64,000 nucleotides of DNA from a virus (lineage: Duplodnaviria; Caudoviricetes). The stretch is from the IMG/VR virus record IMGVR_UViG_3300044878_000205, positions 12,589 through 76,588 of that record. The stretch is one strand, 5' to 3'. Below are positions 53,816 to 62,906 of the stretch, piece after piece. The position numbers and the translations under genes are program-made. Positions within the stretch are counted from its first letter, which is position 1. Each line of letters opens with the position of its first letter. Below the pieces are notes generated by a model, which was given only the letters and a program-made list of their open reading frames with translations, made no database searches and was not told the DNA's origin.

Positions 53816-54238
53816 ATGGCAAGGCGCGCACGCAATGGATTGGATGATGCCCTGGAACTGTGGGCCCGCTGGTGTTTTGCCGGTGGTCAGCCGGCCAGTG
53901 CTGGGCGCTCGATGCTGGCCAAGTTGATCGACAACAAGGGCGAGCTGATGTTTGGCGGCAGCGGCGGCTCCAGCGAGCCGTCTGACAGTCTCGAAGGGGC
54001 CGTTGAGGCCGCGGTGCTCAGGTTGTTTGGCCGTGACCCGTTGTGCGCCGATGTGCTGCGTTTGGAATACGGCGCCGGTTGGTGGGAGGTCACCCAGCGC
54101 CGGCAGATCCGCGGTTATGACCCGCGCGGGATCGGCCAGTTTGAACACGCCGCAGCGCTGGAGATCAGCCTGCGGACCTATCGCCGGCGGCTGGCTGAAG
54201 CCCGCGCCTTTATTGAAGCCCAAGTGGGGACCGTATGA
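53816..54238 (+). CDS. Q-like antiterminator / late regulator
   Basis: Homolog of 15737. Confidence 0.65.
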   Translation: MARRARNGLDDALELWARWCFAGGQPASAGRSMLAKLIDNKGELMFGGSGGSSEPSDSLEGAVEAAVLRLFGRDPLCADVLRLEYGAGWWEVTQRRQIRGYDPRGIGQFEHAAALEISLRTYRRRLAEARAFIEAQVGTV

Positions 54239-54741
54239 ACTTGCACCCGTTGTTTGCTGGATTTAAAGACGTCAGTCCCTACGCGCTCGGTGCCGCCCTG
54301 GGCTTTGCCGTGCATGTCGACGCCGCGCGTGGCAGTTTGCCGACCGTCCTGCCCACGGAAACCGCCGAGCGCCTGCAGGCCGGTGGCGATCTGGACGGAT
54401 TCTACTGGGCCGGTGGCTGGGAGGCCCCGGGGCGCGCGCACTGCCTGATGTTCGTCAAGCCGCTGACCGCGCTGGCCTCGGTGTGCTGGCTGGCCGGTTT
54501 GGGTGGCCAGTGGAGTGATCTACGTCCGAGCTACTTCTACACCGGCGCGCAGGTGCTGGGCGATCTGGAGGTGGCGTTGTACGCCGCTGGGGGTGAATCC
54601 ACGCTGGGCTGGCCGCGTGTCGGGCCCGATCAGACGCAGCTGTTCGCCGAGGCCTTTGCCTTGCTGCTGGACGGTTTTATGGTGCAGTCCGGCAACGATC
54701 AGTTGCCCCTGGAGCATCTGGAGTCATCGGCATCATGCTGA
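54235..54741 (+). CDS. Hypothetical protein
   Basis: Homolog of 16156. Confidence 0.7.
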   Translation: MNLHPLFAGFKDVSPYALGAALGFAVHVDAARGSLPTVLPTETAERLQAGGDLDGFYWAGGWEAPGRAHCLMFVKPLTALASVCWLAGLGGQWSDLRPSYFYTGAQVLGDLEVALYAAGGESTLGWPRVGPDQTQLFAEAFALLLDGFMVQSGNDQLPLEHLESSASC

Positions 54742-55688
54742 CCTATGGCAGCGTCTGCAGCGGTATAGAGGCGGCGACCGTCGCCTGGCACCCGCTTGGG
54801 TTTCAGGCGCAGTGGTACGCCGAGATCGAGCGCTTCCCGTCGGCCGTGCTGGCCCATCATTACCCCGATACGCCCAACCTCGGCGACATGACACTGCTCG
54901 GTGCTCAGGTGCTGTCCGGCAAGATTGCCGCACCTGACGTGCTGGTCGGTGGCACGCCTTGCCAAGCCTTTTCGGTCATGGGCATGCGTGAAGGTCTGGC
55001 CGACCCGCGTGGCGCCCTCACCATCAAATATGTGGAGCTTGCTGATGCAACTGACTATGTTCGCGCCGGCCGCCGAGAGCCGGCCTGTGTTGTCGTCTGG
55101 GAAAACGTCCCGGGTGTCCTCTCCGACAAAGGCAACGCCTTCGGATGCTTTCTTGGCGCGCTTGCTGGGGAAGACTGCGAACTGCAGCCTTCAGGGAAAA
55201 GGTGGCCGGACGCTGGTTGTGTGTATGGACCCCAAAGAACAATCGCATGGCGGGTCCTGGACGCCCAACATTTCGGCCTGGCCCAACGACGCCGCCGTGT
55301 GTTCGTTGTCGCAAGTGCTCGAGACGGATTCGATCCCGTCGAGGTTCTTTTTGAGCGCGAAGGCCTGCGCCGGGATAGCCCGCCGGGACGGGAAGCGAAG
55401 CCACTTCATCCTACTCTCACGGCTCAAGGGGGAGGCTCTCTCGATGACCGAGAGGCATACGTGCTGGAGTCCGAAGGGGTCCGGCGAACCACACCCGTCG
55501 AATGGGAGCGATGCCAGGGCTTCCCTGACGGCCACACCCTGATTCCGTGGCGCGGCAAGCCGGCCGAGGAATGCCCGGATGGCCCGCGCTACAAGGCGCT
55601 GGGCAACAGCAAGGCGGTGCCGGTGGTGCGCTGGATCGGTCGGCGTCTTCAGCAGCAGCTGGATGGTTCATCAAGGGAGCGGGTATGA
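54735..55688 (+). CDS. DNA (cytosine-5)-methyltransferase
   Basis: Same C5-MTase motifs as 16656. Confidence 0.95.
   Translation: MLTYGSVCSGIEAATVAWHPLGFQAQWYAEIERFPSAVLAHHYPDTPNLGDMTLLGAQVLSGKIAAPDVLVGGTPCQAFSVMGMREGLADPRGALTIKYVELADATDYVRAGRREPACVVVWENVPGVLSDKGNAFGCFLGALAGEDCELQPSGKRWPDAGCVYGPQRTIAWRVLDAQHFGLAQRRRRVFVVASARDGFDPVEVLFEREGLRRDSPPGREAKPLHPTLTAQGGGSLDDREAYVLESEGVRRTTPVEWERCQGFPDGHTLIPWRGKPAEECPDGPRYKALGNSKAVPVVRWIGRRLQQQLDGSSRERV
55045..55542 (+). CDS. Overprinted beta-like ORF in the C5-MTase
   Basis: Homolog of 16966-17463. Confidence 0.6.
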   Translation: MQLTMFAPAAESRPVLSSGKTSRVSSPTKATPSDAFLARLLGKTANCSLQGKGGRTLVVCMDPKEQSHGGSWTPNISAWPNDAAVCSLSQVLETDSIPSRFFLSAKACAGIARRDGKRSHFILLSRLKGEALSMTERHTCWSPKGSGEPHPSNGSDARASLTATP

Positions 55689-55903
55689 GTCAGTCGCGCA
55701 AGGCCAGTGCCGTCGAGGTGTTGGTGGGTGTGTTGGTCGGCCTGGCCGTCAGCATGGTCGCCAATGCCATCGTCTTCCCGCTCTACGACTTCCACCCCTC
55801 GTTGCTCGATAACGCCGCGATCACCTTCATCTACACCGGAATTTCGCTGGTGCGCGGCTACTGTTTGCGTCGGGCGTTCAACCGCCTTGGGCGCAATAGC
55901 TAA
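55685..55903 (+). CDS. Small membrane protein
   Basis: Homolog of 17606. Confidence 0.75.
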   Translation: MSQSRKASAVEVLVGVLVGLAVSMVANAIVFPLYDFHPSLLDNAAITFIYTGISLVRGYCLRRAFNRLGRNS

Positions 55904-55986
55904 AGCGCTAATTCGCTAAATCGCTAATCAGGCGCAACCCGCGTCACGGGCTCGCTCGGCCTGAAGAACGTCCAAGGAGAGTGTTT

Positions 55987-57273
55987 ATGGCGAAAACCCT
56001 GCAGGTCGCACTGTCCGATGCGGCCATTAAGAAGCACGCCGCTGACCCCGCGGTGCGCGAGCTCAACGACCCGCGGCACCCGCTGCGCTTTCGTTACTGG
56101 AAGGACCGCAGTCGCGGCAGTTGGCACCTGGTGCGCAATGGTCAGTGGAAGAAGGCCGGCAATTGGCCGGAGATCAGCGCCCGGACCATGCTCGACAACC
56201 TGCCCCTGGTGCTGTCGCGCCTGCAGCGTGATCCAGTGGCGGTGGCCACGGTCGGGGCCTGGAGCAATGTCGGTCAATTGCTGGCCTGGTACGCCGAACG
56301 GGTCCAGGCCAGCCGCACCTTGTCCAAGCCGCGCCAGGTCACCGTGCTCTCGGCGATCCGCCGCCAGTTGCTCCCGCGCCTGGGCGATCTGCCGTTGGCC
56401 GACCTCAACAAGACCAGCGTCGACGAGCGCCTGTACCTGCCGTTGCAGGCCGAAGCCAGCCTGGCCCATGTCCGTGCCGTGTTCGCCATCCTCAAGTTGG
56501 CCTGCAAGCGCGCCGTGGCCCTGGACCGTCTGCCGGCCGATCCCCTATCTGGGGTGGTGTTCGGTCAGTTCAATAAAACCGTCATCAAACCCAAGGGCGC
56601 GCGGCTGCGGCATGCCGCGGTACCGGCGCTGCTGGCTGATTGGGTGGCCTTGGAATCCACCGCGTGGCGCCCCGTGGCCTTTGCCGTGCTGATGCTGGCC
56701 CATGGCACGCGGATCAATGAAACCCGTTTGGCCCGTTGGCAGGACATCGACCTGGTCAATGCCGAGTGGTTCATCCCGGCGCGGGTGACCAAGGGCGGCC
56801 GTGATCATGTCCTGCCGCTGACCGCGCAGGCCCTGGCCTTCCTTAATCAATACGGCAAGCGGCAGTTCATCCGCGGTTATACCGGGGCCTTCCTCTTTCC
56901 CTCGACCACCCGTCCTGGCCGGCCGATCAGCCGTGCTCAGGCCTTTGAGTTGTTCACCGGGTTAGGCCGAGGCGAATGGACCAGTCACGACCTGCGCAAA
57001 CTGGCCCGGACCACCTGGGCCGAGTTGGGGGTGGATTCGGTGGTCGGCCGGCTGCTGCTCAATCAGGCCCTGCCGACCCTCGAAGCGACCTATGTGCAAA
57101 CCACCGCCCTGGTGCGCAAGCGGGAGGCCCTGGAGCGCTGGCATGCCTGGCTCGATGAGCGCGGGTTTGCCGACCTGCACGGTGCGACCCCGGCAAGACC
57201 GGCCGCCAGTGCCACCCCCGTCCAGCCCGCGGCCGCTCTGGCCTGCGCGGCCTTTTCCCAACCTAACGTATAA
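55987..57273 (+). CDS. Tyrosine recombinase / integrase
   Basis: Homolog of 17924; same catalytic motifs. Confidence 0.9.
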   Translation: MAKTLQVALSDAAIKKHAADPAVRELNDPRHPLRFRYWKDRSRGSWHLVRNGQWKKAGNWPEISARTMLDNLPLVLSRLQRDPVAVATVGAWSNVGQLLAWYAERVQASRTLSKPRQVTVLSAIRRQLLPRLGDLPLADLNKTSVDERLYLPLQAEASLAHVRAVFAILKLACKRAVALDRLPADPLSGVVFGQFNKTVIKPKGARLRHAAVPALLADWVALESTAWRPVAFAVLMLAHGTRINETRLARWQDIDLVNAEWFIPARVTKGGRDHVLPLTAQALAFLNQYGKRQFIRGYTGAFLFPSTTRPGRPISRAQAFELFTGLGRGEWTSHDLRKLARTTWAELGVDSVVGRLLLNQALPTLEATYVQTTALVRKREALERWHAWLDERGFADLHGATPARPAASATPVQPAAALACAAFSQPNV

Positions 57274-57285
57274 GAGGATCTAAAT

Positions 57286-57480
57286 ATGCAAAAGCAGCGG
57301 ATTGGCCAGCGGGAGTTTCGGTGCAGCAACTGCGGGGGCACTGAGTTTGGGATGACCAAGATTGCGGGTCGTTGGGTCTGCGATCCGTGCAATCGGTCGG
57401 AGCCCGAGGACGATGACCTGGACATCGAGGGCTATGAAGAACGCCGCCGGCAGCGCCTGGCCGAAGCGCAGGAGTATTGA
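57286..57480 (+). CDS. Small Zn-ribbon protein
   Basis: CSNC...CDPC. Confidence 0.68.
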   Translation: MQKQRIGQREFRCSNCGGTEFGMTKIAGRWVCDPCNRSEPEDDDLDIEGYEERRRQRLAEAQEY

Positions 57481-57833
57481 CCGTGGCCCTTCCTGAAGAC
57501 CGCAGCCCAGAGGCGATCCGCAAAGAGGAGCAGCGCCTGCGGGATGCTGCTGCCGGGATCGAGGTGCTGTCGCTGCGCCTGGGCCCGGTGGAGCTGGCCA
57601 TGCTCCGTGAAGGCCAGCAGGCCCGCGGCGGTGATGAGCCGTACAGCGCCGTCGAGTACCTGGCCACCTTGCTCCGTCGTGACCATGCCTGGCTCCAGCA
57701 GCAACAGGGTTTGGCTGCCGCGCGGATCTGCGCGCAGTGCCGTAAGCCGCTGCCGCAGGGTTGTGGCGGTTTCTGGCGGAAGGAGGTCGCCGTCTGCGAG
57801 CGGGCGCAGTTGGAGCGCGCCATGCAGTTGTGA
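57477..57833 (+). CDS. Hypothetical protein
   Basis: Homolog of 19587. Confidence 0.7.
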   Translation: MTVALPEDRSPEAIRKEEQRLRDAAAGIEVLSLRLGPVELAMLREGQQARGGDEPYSAVEYLATLLRRDHAWLQQQQGLAAARICAQCRKPLPQGCGGFWRKEVAVCERAQLERAMQL

Positions 57834-57985
57834 CATGTCACAGCGGTAAAGATTGACAAAAGAGCTGTTAGACAGATTTACTGTTTTTTTACAGGAATGC
57901 TGTTTACAGGGTTGGCCGTTTACTCTAGGATTTGCTCCATCGTGGTGTTCTTGCGGACGCAGCGGTGACCTGTGATGCTCCTCTT

Positions 57986-58020
57986 AACCCCCTGGCCTCC
58001 CCAGCCCAGGGGGTTTTTTT
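57986..58020 (+). terminator. Late-leader terminator
   Basis: aaccccctgg...ccagggggtt + T-run; compensatory stem change relative to 20100-20135. Confidence 0.8.
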
Positions 58021-58045
58021 ATGCCTTTGGAATGAGTGACCGCTG

Positions 58046-58225
58046 ATGTCTCAAGAGAAAACGATGCTGCTGTTGCTCAAAGGCCACATCAGCGAGTTAC
58101 CGGCCGAACAGCAAGAGTTGATCTGGCAGTTCCGTGACCAGCTCAAGCAGGTCCTCGACGGCAGTGCCGAGGCGCTGCTCGGCCTGTCGCTGCTAACCGC
58201 TGAGATTGCGGTCGAGCAGGCCTAA
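58046..58225 (+). CDS. 59-aa protein, unit-3 specific (not in ORF track)
   Basis: MSQEKTMLLLLKGHISELP...VEQA; followed by its own hairpin. Confidence 0.6.
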   Translation: MSQEKTMLLLLKGHISELPAEQQELIWQFRDQLKQVLDGSAEALLGLSLLTAEIAVEQA

Positions 58226-58371
58226 CACCCGAATCACTTCAGCCCTGGCCAGCGCCGGGGATTTTCCGTTTTCGGCGCCGCCACACCCATCGCTCCGAGC
58301 TGGGAGTGCTGTGGGGCCGAACCTATTACCCGCTAGGAAGACAGGGCGTGCCGGCCCTCAAAGGACCGCTG

Positions 58372-58710
58372 ATGAATACAGACCACCAAGCCCTGACTGA
58401 TATGCCGTTCTGGTTACTGGTGCTGCTGAGCATGGCCGGGCTGTCCGGCGAGATGCTGCGCGCGTCCGGCAGTGACTTGAGCCTGCGACAGATCCTGCAG
58501 CGGGTCGCGTTGCGCTTCCTGGCGTCGGGCTTGCTCGGCATGGCCACGCTGCTGCTTGCGCTGGCCTTGTGGAGCAACCTCTACCTGGCGGCGGGCCTGG
58601 GCATTGTCATCGCCGTGATCGGCGCCGACGTGGCGGGCGGGCTGTACACCCAGATCCTGGCCAAGAGAGCCGGGCTCCCCATTGGTGAGCGTAATGACTC
58701 AGCCCGTTAA
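58372..58710 (+). CDS. Holin
   Basis: Homolog of 20184. Confidence 0.8.
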   Translation: MNTDHQALTDMPFWLLVLLSMAGLSGEMLRASGSDLSLRQILQRVALRFLASGLLGMATLLLALALWSNLYLAAGLGIVIAVIGADVAGGLYTQILAKRAGLPIGERNDSAR

Positions 58711-59008
58711 GCGCCTGCGTCGGCACGACGGTAGCCCGCGGATCACCGGCCGCGCCTTGCAGAAGCGCCGGCTGAGTGTCTGGACCAAAGACCCAACCTG
58801 TGCCGTGTGTGGCCGAGTCGTGGACTTCCCGTCTGGCTTCGAGCTGGACCACCGCGTGCCGCTGTTCAAGGGCGGCGAGGACACCGAGGACAACTGCCAG
58901 GTGCTCTGCAACGGGGTCAACGGCTGCCATGAGAAGAAGACCGCGGCCGACCTTGGCTACCGCCATCGGCAGACCATCGGCCTCGACGGCTACCCCGTCC
59001 AGAGCTGA
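58694..59008 (+). CDS. HNH endonuclease
   Basis: Homolog of 20506. Confidence 0.9.
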   Translation: MTQPVKRLRRHDGSPRITGRALQKRRLSVWTKDPTCAVCGRVVDFPSGFELDHRVPLFKGGEDTEDNCQVLCNGVNGCHEKKTAADLGYRHRQTIGLDGYPVQS

Positions 59009-59010
59009 GC

Positions 59011-59065
59011 CAAACGCGACCGATTCCCAACGGAAGCCACCTCAAACGCGACCGATTCCCAACGG
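59011..59065 (+). repeat. 23-bp direct repeat in the candidate cos region
   Basis: caaacgcgaccgattcccaacgg at 59011 and 59043. Confidence 0.9.
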
Positions 59066-59175
59066 CGCGCACCACAGGGGAGGGGGGGGTGAAAAACCTC
59101 CGACCCTCGCTGAGCGGAAACCGATCGCTCCCCTCTTTACGCACAACCGCGAAAAACGGACCGGGGGTCTACCGC

Positions 59176-60555
59176 GTGAAAAACCCGCTGAAAATCGTCT
59201 ACCGAGCGCTAGGCGAGCTCGTACCCTATGCCCGCAACAGCCGCACCCATGACGCGGCGCAGGTCGCGCAGATCGCGGCCTCGATCCGTGAGTTCGGTTT
59301 CACCAACCCGGTGCTGATCGACGAGGACGGCGGCATCATTGCCGGCCATGGTCGGGTGCTCGGCGCTGCCAAAGAGGCCATGGAGAAAGTCCCGACCATC
59401 ACCCTGGCCGGCCTGAGCGAAACCCAGCGCCGCGCCTATGTGATTGCCGACAATAAATTGGCACTCAACGCCGGTTGGGACGAGGCCATGCTCAAGGTCG
59501 AACTGGAAGCGCTCAGCGAGTTCGGGTTCGACATCGAGCTGACCGGTTTCAGCGGTGACGAACTGACCGCGATGTTTGCCACCGAGCCGGAGAAGGCCGG
59601 CCTCACCGATCCGGACGACGCGCCGGACGTGGCCGCGCCGGTCAGCGTGCCCGGCGACACCTGGGTGCTCGGCACCCATCGCCTGCACTGCGGCGACTCC
59701 ACCGAGGTGACGGCGGTGGAGACCTTGATGGCCGGGCTGATGGTCGATGCCTGCTGGACCGACCCGCCGTACAACGTCAACTATGAATCGAAGTTGGCCG
59801 GCAAGATCAAAAACGACCACATGAAGGACGAAGCCTTCCGCACCTTCCTGCGCGATGCCTTCACCTGCGCCTTCACCGTGATGAAGCCAGGCGCGCCGAT
59901 CTACGTGGCGCATGCCGACACCGAGGGGCTGAATTTCCGCGGGGCCTTCAAGGAGGCCGCGTTCAAGATTTCCGGCTGCCTGGTGTGGGCCAAGGATTCG
60001 CTGGTGCTCGGGCGCTCCGATTACCAGTGGCAGCATGAGCCGATCCTCTACGGCTGGAAGCCGGGCGCGGCGCACCGCTGGTATGGCGGGCGCAAGCAGA
60101 CCACGGTGATGAAGATCGGCGGTTCGATCTTCACGCAAAACGACGACGGCACGGTCACGGTGAAAGTCGGCGGTGAATCCATCGTCATCAGCGGCGACAA
60201 CCTCAAGGCCGCGCCGCTGGCCTCGACCGTGATCCGCTGTGAAAAGCCCAAGCGTTCCAGCGAGCACCCGACCATGAAGCCGGTCGAGCTGATCGCCAAG
60301 ATGCTGCGCAACTCCACCCGCGAAGGCGACCTGGTGCTGGACCTGTTCGGTGGCTCCGGCTCGACCCTGATCTGCTGCGAAATGCTTGGCCGTCAGGCGC
60401 GCTTGATGGAGCTGGACCCACGCTTTGCCGATGTGATCGTCAAACGCTGGCAGGACTTCACTGGCCTCACCGGCGTGCTGGAAGGTGACGGCCGCACATT
60501 TGCGGAGGTGCAAGCATGGCGGGCTCAGGACGCAAGCCAACCCCTACCGCCTTAA
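59176..60555 (+). CDS. ParB/Srx + N6/N4 methyltransferase fusion
   Basis: Homolog of 20956. Confidence 0.9.
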   Translation: MKNPLKIVYRALGELVPYARNSRTHDAAQVAQIAASIREFGFTNPVLIDEDGGIIAGHGRVLGAAKEAMEKVPTITLAGLSETQRRAYVIADNKLALNAGWDEAMLKVELEALSEFGFDIELTGFSGDELTAMFATEPEKAGLTDPDDAPDVAAPVSVPGDTWVLGTHRLHCGDSTEVTAVETLMAGLMVDACWTDPPYNVNYESKLAGKIKNDHMKDEAFRTFLRDAFTCAFTVMKPGAPIYVAHADTEGLNFRGAFKEAAFKISGCLVWAKDSLVLGRSDYQWQHEPILYGWKPGAAHRWYGGRKQTTVMKIGGSIFTQNDDGTVTVKVGGESIVISGDNLKAAPLASTVIRCEKPKRSSEHPTMKPVELIAKMLRNSTREGDLVLDLFGGSGSTLICCEMLGRQARLMELDPRFADVIVKRWQDFTGLTGVLEGDGRTFAEVQAWRAQDASQPLPP

Positions 60556-61001
60556 AGCTGGTCAAGGGCAACCCGGGCAAGCGCGCGGTGAACAAAAAAG
60601 AGGCCCAGGTGGCCCTGTCGCAGCCGACGCCGCCGGCGTTTCTCTGTGACGACGGCAAGGTCGAGTGGGGCCGCGTGGTCGACAAGCTGTACAGCGCCGG
60701 GTTGATGACCGAGCTGGACCGCGCGGTGCTCGCCGCCTATTGCCAGTCCTACGGGCGCTGGGCCCAGGCCGAGCGTGCCCTGGCGCGCATGGCTGAAAAA
60801 GATCCGCTCAACAGTGCGTTGATGGTCAAGACCACCAACGGCAACGCGGTGCAAAACCCCTTGGTCGGTACCGCGAACAAGGCCCAGGCCGACATGGTGC
60901 GTTACGCGCTGGAGTTCGGCATGTCGCCATCCTCCCGCTCAAAAGTGAACGCCACGCCTGATGACCACGAAAAAGACGCGCTCGCGGACTTCTTCGCCTG
61001 A
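60516..61001 (+). CDS. terS: Terminase small subunit
   Basis: Protein identical to 22296-22781. Confidence 0.92.
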   Translation: MAGSGRKPTPTALKLVKGNPGKRAVNKKEAQVALSQPTPPAFLCDDGKVEWGRVVDKLYSAGLMTELDRAVLAAYCQSYGRWAQAERALARMAEKDPLNSALMVKTTNGNAVQNPLVGTANKAQADMVRYALEFGMSPSSRSKVNATPDDHEKDALADFFA

Positions 61002-62709
61002 TGATCCGGCCACCCAATATGCGCGGGAGGTCGATTCGGGCGCTCGAATTGCCGGCCCCGATATTCGCAACGCCTGTGCCCGCCACCTGCGGGATCTGAA
61101 AGACGGCCCCAAGCGTGGGCTGGTGTGGGACGTGGAGGCAGCCAACAAGGCCATCCGCTTTTATCGCCAAGTGCTCAAGCTCAACGGCGGCGAGTACGAG
61201 GGGCAACCCTTCGAGCTGCTGGCCTGGCAAAAATTCATCGTCGGCAGCCTGTTCGGCTGGAAAGGTAGCGACGGCTATCGGCGCTTTCGCGTGGCTTATG
61301 TCGAGACCGGCAAGGGTTCGGGTAAGTCACCGCTGGCCGCCGGCATTGGCCTGACCGGGCTGCTCGCCGATGGTGAGGCGCGCGCCGAGGTGTATGCCGC
61401 GGCGACCAAAAAAGACCAGGCGATGATCCTGTTCCGCGATGCCGTGGCCATGGTCCAGCAGTCGCCGGAGCTGTCCAAGCGGCTGACCACCAGCGGCACC
61501 GGGTTGAACATCTGGAACCTGGCCTACTTGAAGAACGGCTCGTTTTTCCGGCCGATCAGTTCCGACGATGGCCAGTCCGGGCCGCGACCGCACATGGCCT
61601 TGATCGACGAGGTGCACGAACACAAGACCAACCACGTCGTGGAAATGATGCGTGGCGGCACCAAGAGCCGAAAACAGGCGCTGTTGTTTTTGATCACCAA
61701 CAGCGGCTCGAACAAGCTCGGGCCGTGCTGGGGGTACCACGAATACGGCTCAAAGGTCGCCGCCGGCGAGCTGCTCAATGACGGCTTCTTTGCTTTCATC
61801 TGTTCGCTCGACGAAGGCGACGATCCGATCCGCGACGAGGGCTGTTGGTACAAGTCCAACCCGTCACTGCAGGACGCCGATCTGCCGGGGCTGAAGTACT
61901 TGCGCGAGCAGGTCACCGAAGCCCGCGGCATGCCCTCGAAAGAGGCCATGGTGCGGCGCCTGAACTTCTGCGAATGGACCGGGGCCGAGGCGCCGTGGAT
62001 CAGCGCTGACGTGTGGAAGGGCGCCAAGCGCGACTTCGATTGGGAGTCGCTGCGCGGTCGCCGCGCCTATGCCGGCCTCGACCTGTCGAGCACGCAGGAT
62101 TTGACCGGTCTGGTGTTCCTGGTCGAGCCGCTGGCCGAGGGCGAACCGTGGCTGCTGGTGCCGTTCGCTTGGCTGCCGGATGAAGGCCTGGCGCGCAAGG
62201 GCGAGCAGGATCGCGTGCCGTATGAGCAGTGGCGCGATGCTGGGTTCCTCTACACCACGCCGGGCGCGGCGATCAGCAAGCGCATGGTGCTGCAACGGCT
62301 GTCGGCGCTGTGCCAGTTCTTCGATGTGGTGGCGGTCGCCTATGACCGCTGGCGGATCGAGGACTTGAAGTCGATGGCTGCCGATGACGGCATCACCTTG
62401 CCGCCGATGGTGCCGTTCGGCCAGGGCTACAAGGACATGTCGCCGGCGGTGGAGCGCTTCGAGGAGCTGCTGCTCAACGGCGAGATCGTCCACGCCGGGC
62501 ACCCGGTGATGAACTGGAACGCCAACAACGCGGTGACCACGTCCGACGATGCCAACAACCGCAAGCCTTCCAAGGAAAAAGCCATTGGCCGCATCGACTT
62601 GATCGTCGCCGCGATCATGGCCTGCGGCATCTCGGCCAAAGAAGAAACCGACGAGGCGGACACCAGCCTTTCCGACCACATCACTAAACACGGAATCAGG
62701 ACGCTATGA
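60961..62709 (+). CDS. terL: Terminase large subunit
   Basis: Homolog of 22741. Confidence 0.95.
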   Translation: MTTKKTRSRTSSPDDPATQYAREVDSGARIAGPDIRNACARHLRDLKDGPKRGLVWDVEAANKAIRFYRQVLKLNGGEYEGQPFELLAWQKFIVGSLFGWKGSDGYRRFRVAYVETGKGSGKSPLAAGIGLTGLLADGEARAEVYAAATKKDQAMILFRDAVAMVQQSPELSKRLTTSGTGLNIWNLAYLKNGSFFRPISSDDGQSGPRPHMALIDEVHEHKTNHVVEMMRGGTKSRKQALLFLITNSGSNKLGPCWGYHEYGSKVAAGELLNDGFFAFICSLDEGDDPIRDEGCWYKSNPSLQDADLPGLKYLREQVTEARGMPSKEAMVRRLNFCEWTGAEAPWISADVWKGAKRDFDWESLRGRRAYAGLDLSSTQDLTGLVFLVEPLAEGEPWLLVPFAWLPDEGLARKGEQDRVPYEQWRDAGFLYTTPGAAISKRMVLQRLSALCQFFDVVAVAYDRWRIEDLKSMAADDGITLPPMVPFGQGYKDMSPAVERFEELLLNGEIVHAGHPVMNWNANNAVTTSDDANNRKPSKEKAIGRIDLIVAAIMACGISAKEETDEADTSLSDHITKHGIRTL

Positions 62710-62906
62710 CCGATCCAATTCAATCGCCGCGTCTGAGGTTTTTTCAGCGTGCAATGCCTGACGTTTGCGACATCGTCGCCATCGGCGGGTTCGGCGTGCT
62801 TACCAAGGGTCTGTGGATGTGGTTTGGCCAGCCGGTGGCCCTGACCGTCGCCGGCACGCTGCTAATGATCCTTGGCACCTATGCCGCCGTGCGAGGGGGC
62901 CGCTGA
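62706..62906 (+). CDS. Small 2-TM membrane protein between terL and portal, unit-3 specific
   Basis: Overlaps both neighbours (ATGA, TGATG); hydrophobic. Confidence 0.75.
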   Translation: MTDPIQSPRLRFFQRAMPDVCDIVAIGGFGVLTKGLWMWFGQPVALTVAGTLLMILGTYAAVRGGR

